Of a stretch of DNA of 64,000 bases, positions 42,299 through 52,900 are shown piece by piece. The position numbers and the translations under genes are program-made. This DNA comes from an uncultured Actinomycetes bacterium (GTDB taxonomy: Bacteria > Actinomycetota > Thermoleophilia > RBG-16-64-13), in the NCBI GenBank assembly GCA_963814415.1, contig CAWFCN010000002.1, positions 487,111 through 551,110 on the forward strand, given 5' to 3'. The notes under the pieces are model-generated. The model was not told the DNA's origin. It was given only the letters and a program-made list of their open reading frames with translations, and made no database searches. Each line of letters starts with the position of its first letter. Within the stretch, counting starts at the first letter, position 1.

Positions 42299-43154
42299 CG
42301 TGGACGCTGACTGTGGTTTGTCACCTGCAGGCCTGGTGGACGCGCATGTGCACGTGTTCCCTCCCGATCTGATCGCGCGCAGAGAGGCCTACCTCGACAA
42401 GGACCCGCGCTTCGCCTCGCTCTACGCCTCCCCGACGGCGCGTATGGCCACCGCGGACGAGGTGCTGGAGCAGATGGACGAGAGCGGCACCGACCTCTCC
42501 ATAGTCTTTGGGTTCGCGTTCAGAGACCTCGGGCTCTGCCGAGAGGTCAACGACTACGTCATCGAGACAGTGCGCTCTCACTCCGGGCGTCTTGCCGGCT
42601 TGGCCTGCGTGCCGGTGGCCTCGCCTGGTGCGGGCAGAGAACTCGAGCGGTGTCTGGATGCTGGGTTGCGGGGCTGTGGGGAATTGGCTCCGGCCTCCGG
42701 AGACGGTGAGGAACTCGCGAGCCTGGCTCTCGTCGCTGGATATCTGCGCGAGCGAGGCCTTCCGCTGGTGGTCCACGCGAGCGAACCTGTCGGCCATGAG
42801 TATCCCGGCAAGGGCCGGTTCACGCCCGAGGCCGGTGTGGCCCTAGCCCGCGCGTACCCGGGTCTGGACCTCGTTCTCTCCCATCTGGGAGGTGGCGTGT
42901 TCGTGTATGAGTTGATGCCCGAAGTGCGCGAGACATTGGCCAGCGTCTACTACGACACCGCCGCGGTACCCTATCTCTACTCGCCGAAGGTCTACGAGGT
43001 CGCCCTTCTGGCCGCCGGTCCGCAGAAGCTGATCTTTGGGAGTGACTACCCGCTGGTGCATCCGTCCAGATGTGCCAAGGGTCTCGAAAGCCTGCCACTC
43101 GAACACCAACAGGCGATACGGGTAGACAACGCTAGGAGGATCTTCCGGCTATGA
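42255..43154 (+). CDS. Amidohydrolase-2 family metal-dependent hydrolase (TIM barrel)
   Basis: VDAHVHVFPP start motif and HLGGG...D metal ligands. Start uncertain; overlaps the ddl end. Confidence 0.6.
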   Translation: MKTWWRPSFSPLLPDVDADCGLSPAGLVDAHVHVFPPDLIARREAYLDKDPRFASLYASPTARMATADEVLEQMDESGTDLSIVFGFAFRDLGLCREVNDYVIETVRSHSGRLAGLACVPVASPGAGRELERCLDAGLRGCGELAPASGDGEELASLALVAGYLRERGLPLVVHASEPVGHEYPGKGRFTPEAGVALARAYPGLDLVLSHLGGGVFVYELMPEVRETLASVYYDTAAVPYLYSPKVYEVALLAAGPQKLIFGSDYPLVHPSRCAKGLESLPLEHQQAIRVDNARRIFRL

Positions 43155-43963
43155 GCAGTGAAGACCCGGGTAACAGCAGCACGCGCGAGCTTCTGGAGAA
43201 GCTGGCCTCTGGACAGGCGGGTGTGGAAGAGACACTGCAGAGTCTGCGCCTTCTACAGATAGACAGCCTGGATGACTTCGCTCGCCTTGACGTCAATCGC
43301 GACCGTCGCAAAGGCGTACCTGAGGTCATCTATGCCTCGGGCAAGACCGACCGGGCACTCGAAGCGATAGTGCGCCGGCTACTCGACTCCCGCGGGCTGG
43401 CGTTGGCCAGCCGCCTGGACGACGTCCGCGCTGAGAATCTCCGCCTGGCTTTGTCAGAAGGTGAAAACGCGGTGACCGGCCTGGCCTTCGACTACACGTC
43501 GGACGCAGGGGTGCTCTCGTGCCGCACACCTGCCTACCGGCCCCCGGAGGAGAGAGGATGTGTGGGTCTTCTAACGGCAGGAACTTCGGACATCCCCGTC
43601 GCGGAGGAGGCGGCCCTGGTCGCTACCCACATGGGGTGCCGAGTGGAGCGAGGTTACGACGTCGGCGTCGCGGGGTTGCATCGGCTGGTCGAGCCTCTCG
43701 GCCGTATGCTGAGAAGCGGGGCCGGAGTCTTGGTGGTAGTGGCCGGCATGGAGGGAGCTCTGCCCTCCGTGGTCTCGGGACTAGTGGACGTGCCCGTGAT
43801 CGGGGTACCGACCTCCACCGGGTACGGGCTCGGAGGAGACGGCACGGCCGCACTGTATTCGATACTCCAGACCTGCTCTCCTGGGGTCGCCGCGGTGAAC
43901 ATAGACAATGGAATAGGCGCGGGGGCACTCGCGGCTCTGATAGCTCGCGGCCGGGTCACCTGA
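43151..43963 (+). CDS. larB: LarB-like (PurE-related) nickel-pincer cofactor biosynthesis carboxylase/hydrolase
   Basis: N-terminal LDxxRxxRxGxPEV(IY) motif and C-terminal PurE-like GMEGALPSVVSGLVDVPVIGVPTS. Confidence 0.65.
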   Translation: MSSEDPGNSSTRELLEKLASGQAGVEETLQSLRLLQIDSLDDFARLDVNRDRRKGVPEVIYASGKTDRALEAIVRRLLDSRGLALASRLDDVRAENLRLALSEGENAVTGLAFDYTSDAGVLSCRTPAYRPPEERGCVGLLTAGTSDIPVAEEAALVATHMGCRVERGYDVGVAGLHRLVEPLGRMLRSGAGVLVVVAGMEGALPSVVSGLVDVPVIGVPTSTGYGLGGDGTAALYSILQTCSPGVAAVNIDNGIGAGALAALIARGRVT

Positions 43964-44045
43964 GCAGAGTCCGGTTGGAAGCGGCACAGGCTTTCCGCTA
44001 GAATAGCCGCATTCCCTTCTATGCCACAGCCCGATGGGAGGCACG

Positions 44046-44537
44046 ATGGCCCGCATAATCGACGATCGCGGACGCTTGTTCGGCAAGGTCAATATCGTGG
44101 ACATCCTGGTGCTGGTCGTCGTGATCGCCGTGGCTGTCTTCGTGGGTCTCCGCGCGACTGATGACAGAGTGGATACCGTGCCGGTTAGTATCAGCTTTCT
44201 GGTACAGCCTACGGAATCTCAAGCCCTCGCCGGGTTCACGACTCTTGGCCCCTTGAAAGACATAGCCGGCCGGACCCTTGGCACCATCGAGAAGGCCGAC
44301 ATCGTACAACCGGACCCGGTGCATTTTGGCAACACCGACAAGGACTACGAGCTGTACATACCGTCCGCACCTGAAGTACTACTGCTGGTGTCGGCCGAAG
44401 GGACCGTGTCCGGTACCGATGTGCACGTCGGCTCTGTCGTATTGCGTGTAGGTGCCGAGATGAGGCTCATCGGACCTGGGTGGGAAGGCATCGCCCAGAT
44501 AGTCAAAGTGGACCGAGGCGCGGCGCCCACCAAGTAG
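44046..44537 (+). CDS. DUF4330-like small membrane-anchored protein (family number recalled from memory)
   Basis: MARIIDDRGRLFGKVNIVDILVLVVVIAV N-terminus. First gene of the glycan cluster. Confidence 0.45.
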   Translation: MARIIDDRGRLFGKVNIVDILVLVVVIAVAVFVGLRATDDRVDTVPVSISFLVQPTESQALAGFTTLGPLKDIAGRTLGTIEKADIVQPDPVHFGNTDKDYELYIPSAPEVLLLVSAEGTVSGTDVHVGSVVLRVGAEMRLIGPGWEGIAQIVKVDRGAAPTK

Positions 44538-44546
44538 CGCGCGACA

Positions 44547-46490
44547 ATGCACCTCTTCACGAACTCGTTGTTATTCCGAGCCGGCGGGGGCCTGCTCACC
44601 TGGTCTACCAACGCAGCTCGTCATTCGCTTACCGCGCGCTCTCTACGCGGAGCAACGCGGACGTTAGGCAGGGTGTTCGCTTCCAGCCTGGTGTTTGGTA
44701 CCAGCCGCCTCTCGTCCTTACCGCTGGCGGCCGACGGTCTGCCACTCAGCGTTCGGGTCATCTCGCGTCCATACGTACGGGTGCGCGCAGCACTGGCGGA
44801 TGGCGCTATCGATCCTTTCAGACGCCGGCTGGGGATCTGGAGCGCGCATTCGACCTTCAGCAAAGGCGCATGGATTCGCCTAGTCGGCGCGGCTCTGATT
44901 GGAACGGGCTGTGGCGGCGTCATACTCGCGGGCCTCGGAAGGGCGACCACAGCACTTGTCCCAGTTGTCCTGATACTGGCGGGACTGCTGGCCCTGGTGT
45001 GGGGACCGCGCCTAGCGCTGTCGTTTAGAGATAGTCTGGTCTTCCGCAGATTCTTCGCTTCGCCAGGGGGTGGACCCCTCTCGGTCGAGCAGACCGTTCT
45101 CGCCCATCATGGCCGTTTGGTTATGGGCACGGGGATCGCGGTCTGTGCCGCCTTGGGACTGCTGGCCAGCCTGGTAGGCAAGTCAGGTCCGGTTTGGCTC
45201 GTGGTCCTTGTCCTGGCGATCAGCGCGGCCGTGCTCCTGCTGAAACGTCCGGAGGCCGTGCTACTCGCGGTAGCCGCCTTCCCCTGGCTGGACTGGCTGG
45301 CGCGAAGGAAGCTAGGCGGACTAGGAGCCGGCTGGGACGAGGGTCTGCTTCTGCTGTCCCTTCTCTTGGTGGTCTGGGGGGCCCTGGTTACAGGCAGGCT
45401 TCGCCTGCGCACCGTGCCCATAACCCTCCCGGCGATGGTCGCTCTGGCGGCCGCAGTCGGGTCCATCGTTGTGAACGGGGTACCGCAAGACGTGGGCGTG
45501 TTTGCTCTGCGAGTCGTTTGCGAGCCTGTGCTCTTCTTCTTTGCGGGCTTCCTGCTTTTCACGACCGCGCGCTGGTTGCGGTGGATCGTGGCTGTGTTCC
45601 AGGTCTCGACGGTGGGTCTGGCGGCACATGGACTCTACCAGTATGCGGCGCGCATCCAAACGCCAACGCGCTGGGTAGATGCCACCGAGACTGACATCAT
45701 CACCCGGGCCTTCTCCGTGATCGGCAATCCAAACGGGCTGGGAGCAGTGCTGGTCATCGGCTGCCTGGTGGCCCTCGCTCTGCTGCTTTCGCCAAGCGTG
45801 AGCAAGGCGTCGCGCTTCGTGCTGGGTATCGCGTTGGTGATCCAGTTGGGCGGAGTGGCGGTGACCTTCAGTCGAGGGAGCTGGATAGGGCTGGTCTGTG
45901 GCATAGTCGCGTTGTTGGTGCTGGCCTACAGGAAGTACTTGGTACCGGCGGGGCTGGTGGCTCTGGTGGGAGTCTTCGCCGCACCCGGCGTGTTCGTGAA
46001 CAGATTCCTGCTGATATTCAGCGGAACATACCTGGGCAAATCAGCGGTCGATGGCCGTACGTACAGGTGGACCGCCGCCCTTGATCAGATAGCCGCACAC
46101 CCTTGGTTCGGCATGGGCCTAGGCACTTTCGGAGGGTCGGCGGCGGAGAGGTTCCAGTACTGGTCCATCTGGGTGGACAACTACTATCTGCAGATGGGCG
46201 CCGAAGGCGGACTCCTGTTGCTGGCATCGTTCGCGTGGCTGCTGACCCGCGTGGGCAAGGGTCTCGTAAAGGGATTCCGAGTGGCCGGAGACCCGTTCGC
46301 ACGGGCATTGGCCGCCGGCGTGTTCGGGGCGTTCGTGGCGACCATCGTGATCAACGTGTTCGTGAGTGTCTTCGAGACACTGTCGGTGGGGGCAGCCTTC
46401 TGGTTGTTGTCGGGTGTGGCTACCTCGGCCGCCTTTGCGTCCGGTGCGGACCGGGGTCACGCAGAGGTCTCTCCGGCGGACTCGCGATGA
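44547..46490 (+). CDS. O-antigen ligase/polymerase (Wzy_C) family polytopic membrane protein
   Basis: More than 10 TMs. TFSRGSWIGLVCGIVALLVLAY and a downstream periplasmic loop are typical of Wzy_C. N-terminal ~190 aa extension of unclear validity. Confidence 0.6.
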   Translation: MHLFTNSLLFRAGGGLLTWSTNAARHSLTARSLRGATRTLGRVFASSLVFGTSRLSSLPLAADGLPLSVRVISRPYVRVRAALADGAIDPFRRRLGIWSAHSTFSKGAWIRLVGAALIGTGCGGVILAGLGRATTALVPVVLILAGLLALVWGPRLALSFRDSLVFRRFFASPGGGPLSVEQTVLAHHGRLVMGTGIAVCAALGLLASLVGKSGPVWLVVLVLAISAAVLLLKRPEAVLLAVAAFPWLDWLARRKLGGLGAGWDEGLLLLSLLLVVWGALVTGRLRLRTVPITLPAMVALAAAVGSIVVNGVPQDVGVFALRVVCEPVLFFFAGFLLFTTARWLRWIVAVFQVSTVGLAAHGLYQYAARIQTPTRWVDATETDIITRAFSVIGNPNGLGAVLVIGCLVALALLLSPSVSKASRFVLGIALVIQLGGVAVTFSRGSWIGLVCGIVALLVLAYRKYLVPAGLVALVGVFAAPGVFVNRFLLIFSGTYLGKSAVDGRTYRWTAALDQIAAHPWFGMGLGTFGGSAAERFQYWSIWVDNYYLQMGAEGGLLLLASFAWLLTRVGKGLVKGFRVAGDPFARALAAGVFGAFVATIVINVFVSVFETLSVGAAFWLLSGVATSAAFASGADRGHAEVSPADSR

Positions 46491-47365
46491 GAAAGATAAG
46501 AGTCACTGCAGTGGAGATAGCCGCGCTCACCAGCGACGAATTCCGTACGGCGGTAGTCGAGTCGCTTCGCGGGTCGCGGTCGATGGCAGTGGCCAAGGTA
46601 AACGCCGAGTTCTTGCTTAGGGCCTTGGATGACCAAGAGTTCCAACAGTTTCTGAATAGCACCGGCGTCAACATCGCGGACGGCGTGGGAGTATTGTGGG
46701 CCGCCCGGTTCTTGACTCTCAAGAGCACGAAGATGCCAGGGCTGCGGCACCTGCAGGTGCTATGGCAGGCCGCATACTCACTCGTCAGCCTCGCCATGTT
46801 CCCCGCTTTCTGCCGCACGCCCATACCTGAGCGCATCCCGGGCGTGGACGCGCTCTACGTGATGCTGCAAGCGGCTCAAGAGGCCGACGTGTCCGTGTAC
46901 TTCTTGGGCGCGGGGCAGCAGGTCAACGCCAAGGCCAGGATGGAGATTCAGGCGCGGATGCCAAGGCTGAAGATCGCTGGAGGACGCGATGGCTATTCCG
47001 AAGACTGCGACGCCGTCCTGCGAGAGATAGACGACTCTGGGGCAGCGTTGCTGGTCGTGGCGCTGGGAAGTCCCAAGCAGGAGTACTGGATGCGCGACCA
47101 CCTGAGCAAACTGCGTGGCGTGAAGGTAGCGGTTGGAGAGGGCGGATCGCTGGATTTCATAGCGGGTGACTTCCGTCGGGCGCCCGACTGGCTTCAGGCC
47201 CTTGGCCTCGAGTGGTTCTGGCGGTTGTTCATGAACCGCAACAGGACTGGGTCGATCTCCAGGGCCCGCAGGATTTGGAACGCGGTGCCTGTCTTCGTGT
47301 GCCGCGTGATTCAATGGAGGCTGAAGCATGGAAGCCCCAGGTCTGAGGCACGGGAGTCCATATGA
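46487..47365 (+). CDS. WecB/TagA/CpsF family glycosyltransferase (GT26)
   Basis: VNIADGVGVLWAARFL...YFLGAGQQV...LLVVALGSPKQEYW. ATGA overlap with the upstream gene. Confidence 0.8.
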   Translation: MRKIRVTAVEIAALTSDEFRTAVVESLRGSRSMAVAKVNAEFLLRALDDQEFQQFLNSTGVNIADGVGVLWAARFLTLKSTKMPGLRHLQVLWQAAYSLVSLAMFPAFCRTPIPERIPGVDALYVMLQAAQEADVSVYFLGAGQQVNAKARMEIQARMPRLKIAGGRDGYSEDCDAVLREIDDSGAALLVVALGSPKQEYWMRDHLSKLRGVKVAVGEGGSLDFIAGDFRRAPDWLQALGLEWFWRLFMNRNRTGSISRARRIWNAVPVFVCRVIQWRLKHGSPRSEARESI

Positions 47366-48516
47366 AGAAGATCGCTGTGCTCTACAGCGGGGGCCGTCAT
47401 TGGGGCGGCATCGAGACGTATCTTGCGAACCTCTTCAAACTGTACGACAGGAAGCAGATGCAGCTGGTCCTCATCAGCCTGGGGGAGTGGGATCTGACCA
47501 GGGCTTTCCGTCAAGCAGGTCTGTCACCTCTCTTAAGAGTGTTGCCGGGCAGGAGGATAAGGCCCAAGACGATCCTTGATCTGTCGCGACTCATCCGGGC
47601 CGAGCACCTCGGGCTGGTCGTCTCGCATGGGACTGTAGCGAACGCCTACGCGAGGCTAGCCGCCCTGGTGGCGAGAGCACCGAGTCTAGTGGTCGTACAC
47701 AGCGATATGGCGCTCGACTATCCGTCGAGCACGCGCTGGGCCTACAAGTTCTCGGACCGATGCCTACGTCGCTTGACCACCAGATACGTGGCCGTCTCCT
47801 GGAACTTGAAGTCGAAGATGGTCAAGTCGGGAATCAATGGCGACGACGTTACAGTCATATACAACGGGGTGAACACCGCGGGCAGAATGCCAAGACCGAT
47901 CCGAGTCTCATCCGGCGGACCCGCCGCGGGCGAAACAGGCGAATCGTGGGCCGGCGGCGAGACTGGAGAGTCAGAGGAGGCGATCCTACTCGCCTCCGTG
48001 GGGCGACTGCACCCGGTGAAGAACTTCGATGGCCTGATCAGGGCCATGTCCCTTCTGCCGGCCCGGGTGCGGTTGACGGTATGGGGCGACGGAGGCGAGA
48101 GGGAGAAGCTCCGGGCCATTGTGGATTCCCTGGCGCTAGGCGATAGGGTCACACTTCCTGGCGAGTCGCAGAACATGGGGGACGCGCTGGAAGGTGTGGA
48201 CATCTACGTTCAACCATCGAAGAGCGAAGGATTCGGTTTCGCAGTCGCTGAGGCCATGCTGCACGGCAAGCCTGTAGTGGTCACGCCTTGCGGAGGGCTG
48301 CCGGAGCAAGTGGATAACGGAGTGACAGGCTTGGTGGCCGACGATTACAGCCCCGAGGCCCTGGCCAGGGCGATAGTGCCCCTCATCAACAATCACTCTC
48401 TGGCGGCGAGACTGGGCGAGGCGGGTAGGCGCGCAGCGCAAGAGAAGTGTTCGATGCAGAAGTGGCTCGCAGATACCACGAAAGTCTTATGCGATACTGC
48501 ACGAGGAACCACATGA
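47362..48516 (+). CDS. Glycosyltransferase family 4 (GT-B, group 1)
   Basis: C-terminal GT1 domain (LASVGRLHPVKNFDGLIRA...QPSKSEGFGFAVAEAMLHGKPVV). Contains an unusual GETGESWAGGETGES insert. ATGA coupling. Confidence 0.8.
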   Translation: MKKIAVLYSGGRHWGGIETYLANLFKLYDRKQMQLVLISLGEWDLTRAFRQAGLSPLLRVLPGRRIRPKTILDLSRLIRAEHLGLVVSHGTVANAYARLAALVARAPSLVVVHSDMALDYPSSTRWAYKFSDRCLRRLTTRYVAVSWNLKSKMVKSGINGDDVTVIYNGVNTAGRMPRPIRVSSGGPAAGETGESWAGGETGESEEAILLASVGRLHPVKNFDGLIRAMSLLPARVRLTVWGDGGEREKLRAIVDSLALGDRVTLPGESQNMGDALEGVDIYVQPSKSEGFGFAVAEAMLHGKPVVVTPCGGLPEQVDNGVTGLVADDYSPEALARAIVPLINNHSLAARLGEAGRRAAQEKCSMQKWLADTTKVLCDTARGTT

Positions 48517-49724
48517 GCAAGATGATCCAACAAAGAGAGATCGTTTGTCTGTCATCGCTTGACTGGGACGTTTGTTGGACCAGCAAGCAACAGATCATGT
48601 ACAGGCTCTCTGAATCCAATCGGGTGCTCTATATCGAGGAACCGGTGACCATGCTGGCGCCTTTGGTCGTGCCCGCTCACTGGAGGCGATGGAAAGCGCT
48701 CATTCCGCGGATTCGTCGGCAGGGCGCGCAACTCTGGACCCTCACCCTCCCTCCGCTCCTTCCGTTCGGCAACAAGAGTCGGAGTATCAACAGCCTCAAC
48801 CAGGCCGTCGTGGCGAGCTACGTGCGCTGGGCCATGAAGAAGCTGTCGTTCTCGAGTGACTACATACTGTGGACATATCTTCCCCAGACCCTGGCTGTGC
48901 TCCACCGTCTGCGCCGCGCGAGTGGAGGCAGTGCGCCCGCACTCGCCATATACCATTGCGTGGATGAACATTCGGCCTTCCCGGGTCACTTCATCTCACC
49001 TGAGCTGGTGAAGGCCTACGACGACGCACTGACCAAAGAAGTCGACCTGGTAATCACCACTTCTGAGAGTCTCCGCGAATCGCGCGAGGCTCTCAACCCG
49101 CGCACCTACACGGTGCTCAACGCGGCCGATGTGGAGCTCTTCAACCAGGCGCTCACCCCAGACCTCAGTGAGCCTGCCGACCTGGTAGGTATCCCGTCGC
49201 CTCGACTGGGCGTGGTGGGCGTCCATGACCATCGACTTGACGTAGATGCGCTGGAAGCACTGGAACAGGCCGACTCTTCGTGGCAGGTCTTGCTCATCGG
49301 GCCCCTGCGGGTCAGTCATGCGGACGACATCAGGCTGCGACGCCTTTCGAGCGTTCATGTGCTTGGCGCGAAACCACGGCAAGAACTCCCGTCGTACCTC
49401 AAGGGGTTGAGCGCCGCTCTTATCCCGTATAAGCCTGGTGAACTGACTCGCAACATCTTCCCCCTGAAGCTGTTTGAATACTTGGCGGCCGGACTGCCCG
49501 TGATCGCAGGTGGGCTGCCGGAACTGAGGCGCTACCCCGGTATGGTGTGGCTGGCCGAGAGCGCGAAGGACTACCCTGGACTTGTCCGTGCTGCTATCGT
49601 CGAGGACACTGCCGCCAAACGCGCCGAGAGAGTCTCTCTGGCGGCGGAAAACTCCTGGGATCGCCGGGTAGCAGATATCTCGGCTCTGGTAGAGGCAGCG
49701 CTAGCGAGGAATGCTCAGCGCTAG
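48513..49724 (+). CDS. Glycosyltransferase family 4-like
   Basis: EX7E-like motif NIFPLKLFEYLAAGLPVIAG. ATG 48513 (MSKMIQQ) overlaps the upstream stop (ATGA). Confidence 0.7.
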   Translation: MSKMIQQREIVCLSSLDWDVCWTSKQQIMYRLSESNRVLYIEEPVTMLAPLVVPAHWRRWKALIPRIRRQGAQLWTLTLPPLLPFGNKSRSINSLNQAVVASYVRWAMKKLSFSSDYILWTYLPQTLAVLHRLRRASGGSAPALAIYHCVDEHSAFPGHFISPELVKAYDDALTKEVDLVITTSESLRESREALNPRTYTVLNAADVELFNQALTPDLSEPADLVGIPSPRLGVVGVHDHRLDVDALEALEQADSSWQVLLIGPLRVSHADDIRLRRLSSVHVLGAKPRQELPSYLKGLSAALIPYKPGELTRNIFPLKLFEYLAAGLPVIAGGLPELRRYPGMVWLAESAKDYPGLVRAAIVEDTAAKRAERVSLAAENSWDRRVADISALVEAALARNAQR

Positions 49725-49801
49725 AGCATCGGCCTCCGGGTCTTTGATTCTCAAACAGGCAGGAAAACTCACATCGCCGACGTAAGGAACTAGGACTGTG
49801 G

Positions 49802-49830
49802 TTGAACAGTCCGATGGGGGTGGGTATGCT
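49802..49830 (+). promoter_or_regulatory. Sigma-70-like promoter upstream of the SpoIID-repeat gene
   Basis: TTGAAC (49802) - 17 nt - TATGCT (49825). Flanked by a direct repeat CACATCGCC(T)GACGT at 49770 and 49847. Confidence 0.4.
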
Positions 49831-49919
49831 CCGCACTCCAAACGATCACATCGCCTGACGTCGGATACCACCACCGCACCTGTCTCGGCTGCGCGCCCTG
49901 AACAACGGAGGAAGATAAG

Positions 49920-52900
49920 TTGAAGCTTCAAAACCCTCTCGTCAAACACGGACGCCCTGGATCGGACTGGCATCACTCGCGCCGCCTGCGTCGAGCAACT
50001 CTCTCGGTCCTTACTGTGGCTATTGTTGTCGCATTCACTACGGTGTTTGCCCAGCCGGTCTCGGCAGCCACGGGTGACTTTGTTATCCAGGGCCGCGGGT
50101 ACGGCCACGGGGTAGGCATGAGTCAATGGGGAGCATGGGAAGCAGCAAGAGAAGGCAAGACGTACGCCGAGATCCTTGCCTTCTACTACCCTGGCTCGAT
50201 GCCGGACACGGCCCCGGGCGGAACCACGATCAAAGTGCGCATCTCCAAGGATCCGGCCACGACCACCTACGACGACCACTACTACCGTGTCTATCTGAAA
50301 CCGGTTGCGACCACAGCGGTCCTCCGGTTACAGAACTTGGGGTCGCCCGACGTGGACGTGCCCCTAACGGTGGGACAAGTCGTCGAGACTCTGTATGCCC
50401 CGGTGTCCGGAGTGGGACATGTCTGGGTGGCCGGCCGCGGCGCGTATGACCATGTCTACGTGATCCCGGATTTCGACACAGGGAGAGTGGCGGTCTCCAT
50501 GCAGGTGAGCAGTGTCGCCCCCGCCACCACATACCGAGAGTACTGGGGCAGCATGAATGTCGAGCCCATGGGTGAGGGGGAAGTCTACCTGAACAACTAC
50601 GTGCTCTTGGACAAGTACGTTCGGGGCGTAGCTGAGATCAAACCCGAATGGGCGAACAGCAGCTACACCAATCTCTATGCCATCGAGGCAGTGAAGGCCC
50701 AGGCCGTGGCCGCTCGCACCTACGCCTATGCCGAATACCTCAATGCTGGTTACGTCAACGACGACACCAGGGACATCTACTACAGGGGCTATGCCTTCGA
50801 GGTGGCCAACCCCGGGGCGGCTCAGGCAGCCACAGACACCGCCGGCGAGATACTCTCCTACGGCGGCACCCTCTACAAGACATACTTCTCTGCCCACTCC
50901 GGCGGCTACACCACCGCAAGTGCCTGGAACGACTCGCCGCCGTTCTACCTGGAGTCGAACCCTGACCCGTACAGCCGTGCCGCTCCGCCCACTGGTCTGG
51001 TGACCGGAATAGCTCCGGGCTATTCCTGGAGCGTAACCTACACTCCCGTCGATCTGAGTACCAAGCTGATAGGTAGCGGGTACATCGACAACGTGGGCAC
51101 GGTGACCCAGTTGGAGATCATCGCGCGAGACACCACGGACCCGGAGAGCCACGTCACCGCCGTACGGGTCACCGGTACCCTGGGCATCGACACTATCTCC
51201 GGGCGTAACTTCAAAGCCGCGTTGGGCCTCCGCTCCACCCTCTTCAATGTGGTGCTCTATGGAAGCCCGATTCGCACCGATTCTACCAACTCCAACATCG
51301 CATATCTTGGCGCCTGGTCGACGGCCTACAATGTCTATGCATTCGGGGGCAGCTACGCGCTCGCCGACGGCCCTGCCAAGGCGTCCGTGAGCTTCGATGG
51401 CACATACCTGGCGCTTGTGGCCAGGACGGCCCCCAACAACGGGAAGGCCTTGGTGTCCTTGGATGGTGGGCCGGGAGTCCCGGTGGACTTCTACAGCCCG
51501 ACGGTCAAGCACGGGCAGCAGGTATACAACACCGGTAGTCTCACCAGCGGGGCACACACCGTCACTATCGAGTGGACCGGCACCAAGAACTTCCTCGCGA
51601 CGGGTACCATCATAGGCCTCGACGCCGTGGATGTGGTCGGGACGATCACCCCAAGCCCGGACATCCCTCCGCGATACGGGGAAGCCAACACCAATCTGGC
51701 CTATGGGGGACCGTGGAGTGTCACCAGCAGCTCGCTGGCGACGGATGGCTCGCTGAAGCTACTCAATTCACCCGGATCTGTGACGGCTACGTTCACCGGC
51801 ACCTACTTGGCCTGGGTGACCAAGACAGCGCCCACCTGTGGCAAGGCCAAGGTGACTTTGGACGGCGGAGGTTCGACTATGGTCGACCTCTACAGTGCCG
51901 CCGAGGCGAACAGACAGATCGTCTACAACACAGGCTTCCTCGCCCCCGGTGCGCATACAGTGACCATAGAGTGGACCGGCACCAAGAACGGAGCAGCAAG
52001 CAACTATCAGATAGGCGCCGACGCCTTCGACGTCATCGGTACGCTGACGCTCGCGCCTCCTGCTCCCGCATATCCGACTCGCTACCAACAAAACGACGCG
52101 CTCATCACCTACCTCGGCACGTGGGCCGGTAGCAGCGTGGCTTCAGCTTCGGGTGGCTCCATCATCTCCTCGAGCGCCACCGACGGCCAAGTCACCATCT
52201 GTTTCCACGGCACAGGACTAGCCTTGCTGGCCAATACAGGCCCCAATCTAGGCATCGCCGCAGTGACCCTGGGCGGGGTGCCCGAACCGCCGGTGGACTT
52301 CTATAGCGTAGGCACCCTGTACCAACAGGAGGTCTACGATACCGGACCATTGCCCGAGGGCGACTATACCCTGGTAATCAAGCCTGATGGAACCAAGAAC
52401 GCAGCTTCCAGCGGCTATGCCATCGACATAGACGCCTTGGACATCTTCGGCGAGCTGACGGCCGCTCCGGCCCCGACGCGCTACCAGCAGGCGGAGTCGA
52501 ACCTCACGTACGTGGGGTCCTGGAGGACCGGCTACTCAGCGGGCGCCTCCCTCGGCAGCTACATCTACCTGAACTCAGGTGGGTCGGTGACAGTGAGTTT
52601 CGACGGCACCTATCTCGCGTGGGTAGCGAAGAAGAGCAACCAGTATGGGGTCGCGTGGGTCCGTCTGGATGGGGGAACACCACAATCGGTCGATCTTTAC
52701 AGTGCGACCACCATGTACAAGCAGACGGTCTGGAACACCGGAGTCTTGGCCCCTGGGACGCACACTCTATGCATCTCATGGTCCGGGTTCAAAAACCCGA
52801 AGTCGTACGCAACCAACGTCGGTTTCGATGCCTTTGATATCTTGGGGACCCTCAACCCGGCTCCCGCCCCGCCAGCTATGCCGTCGCGCTATCAGCAGAA

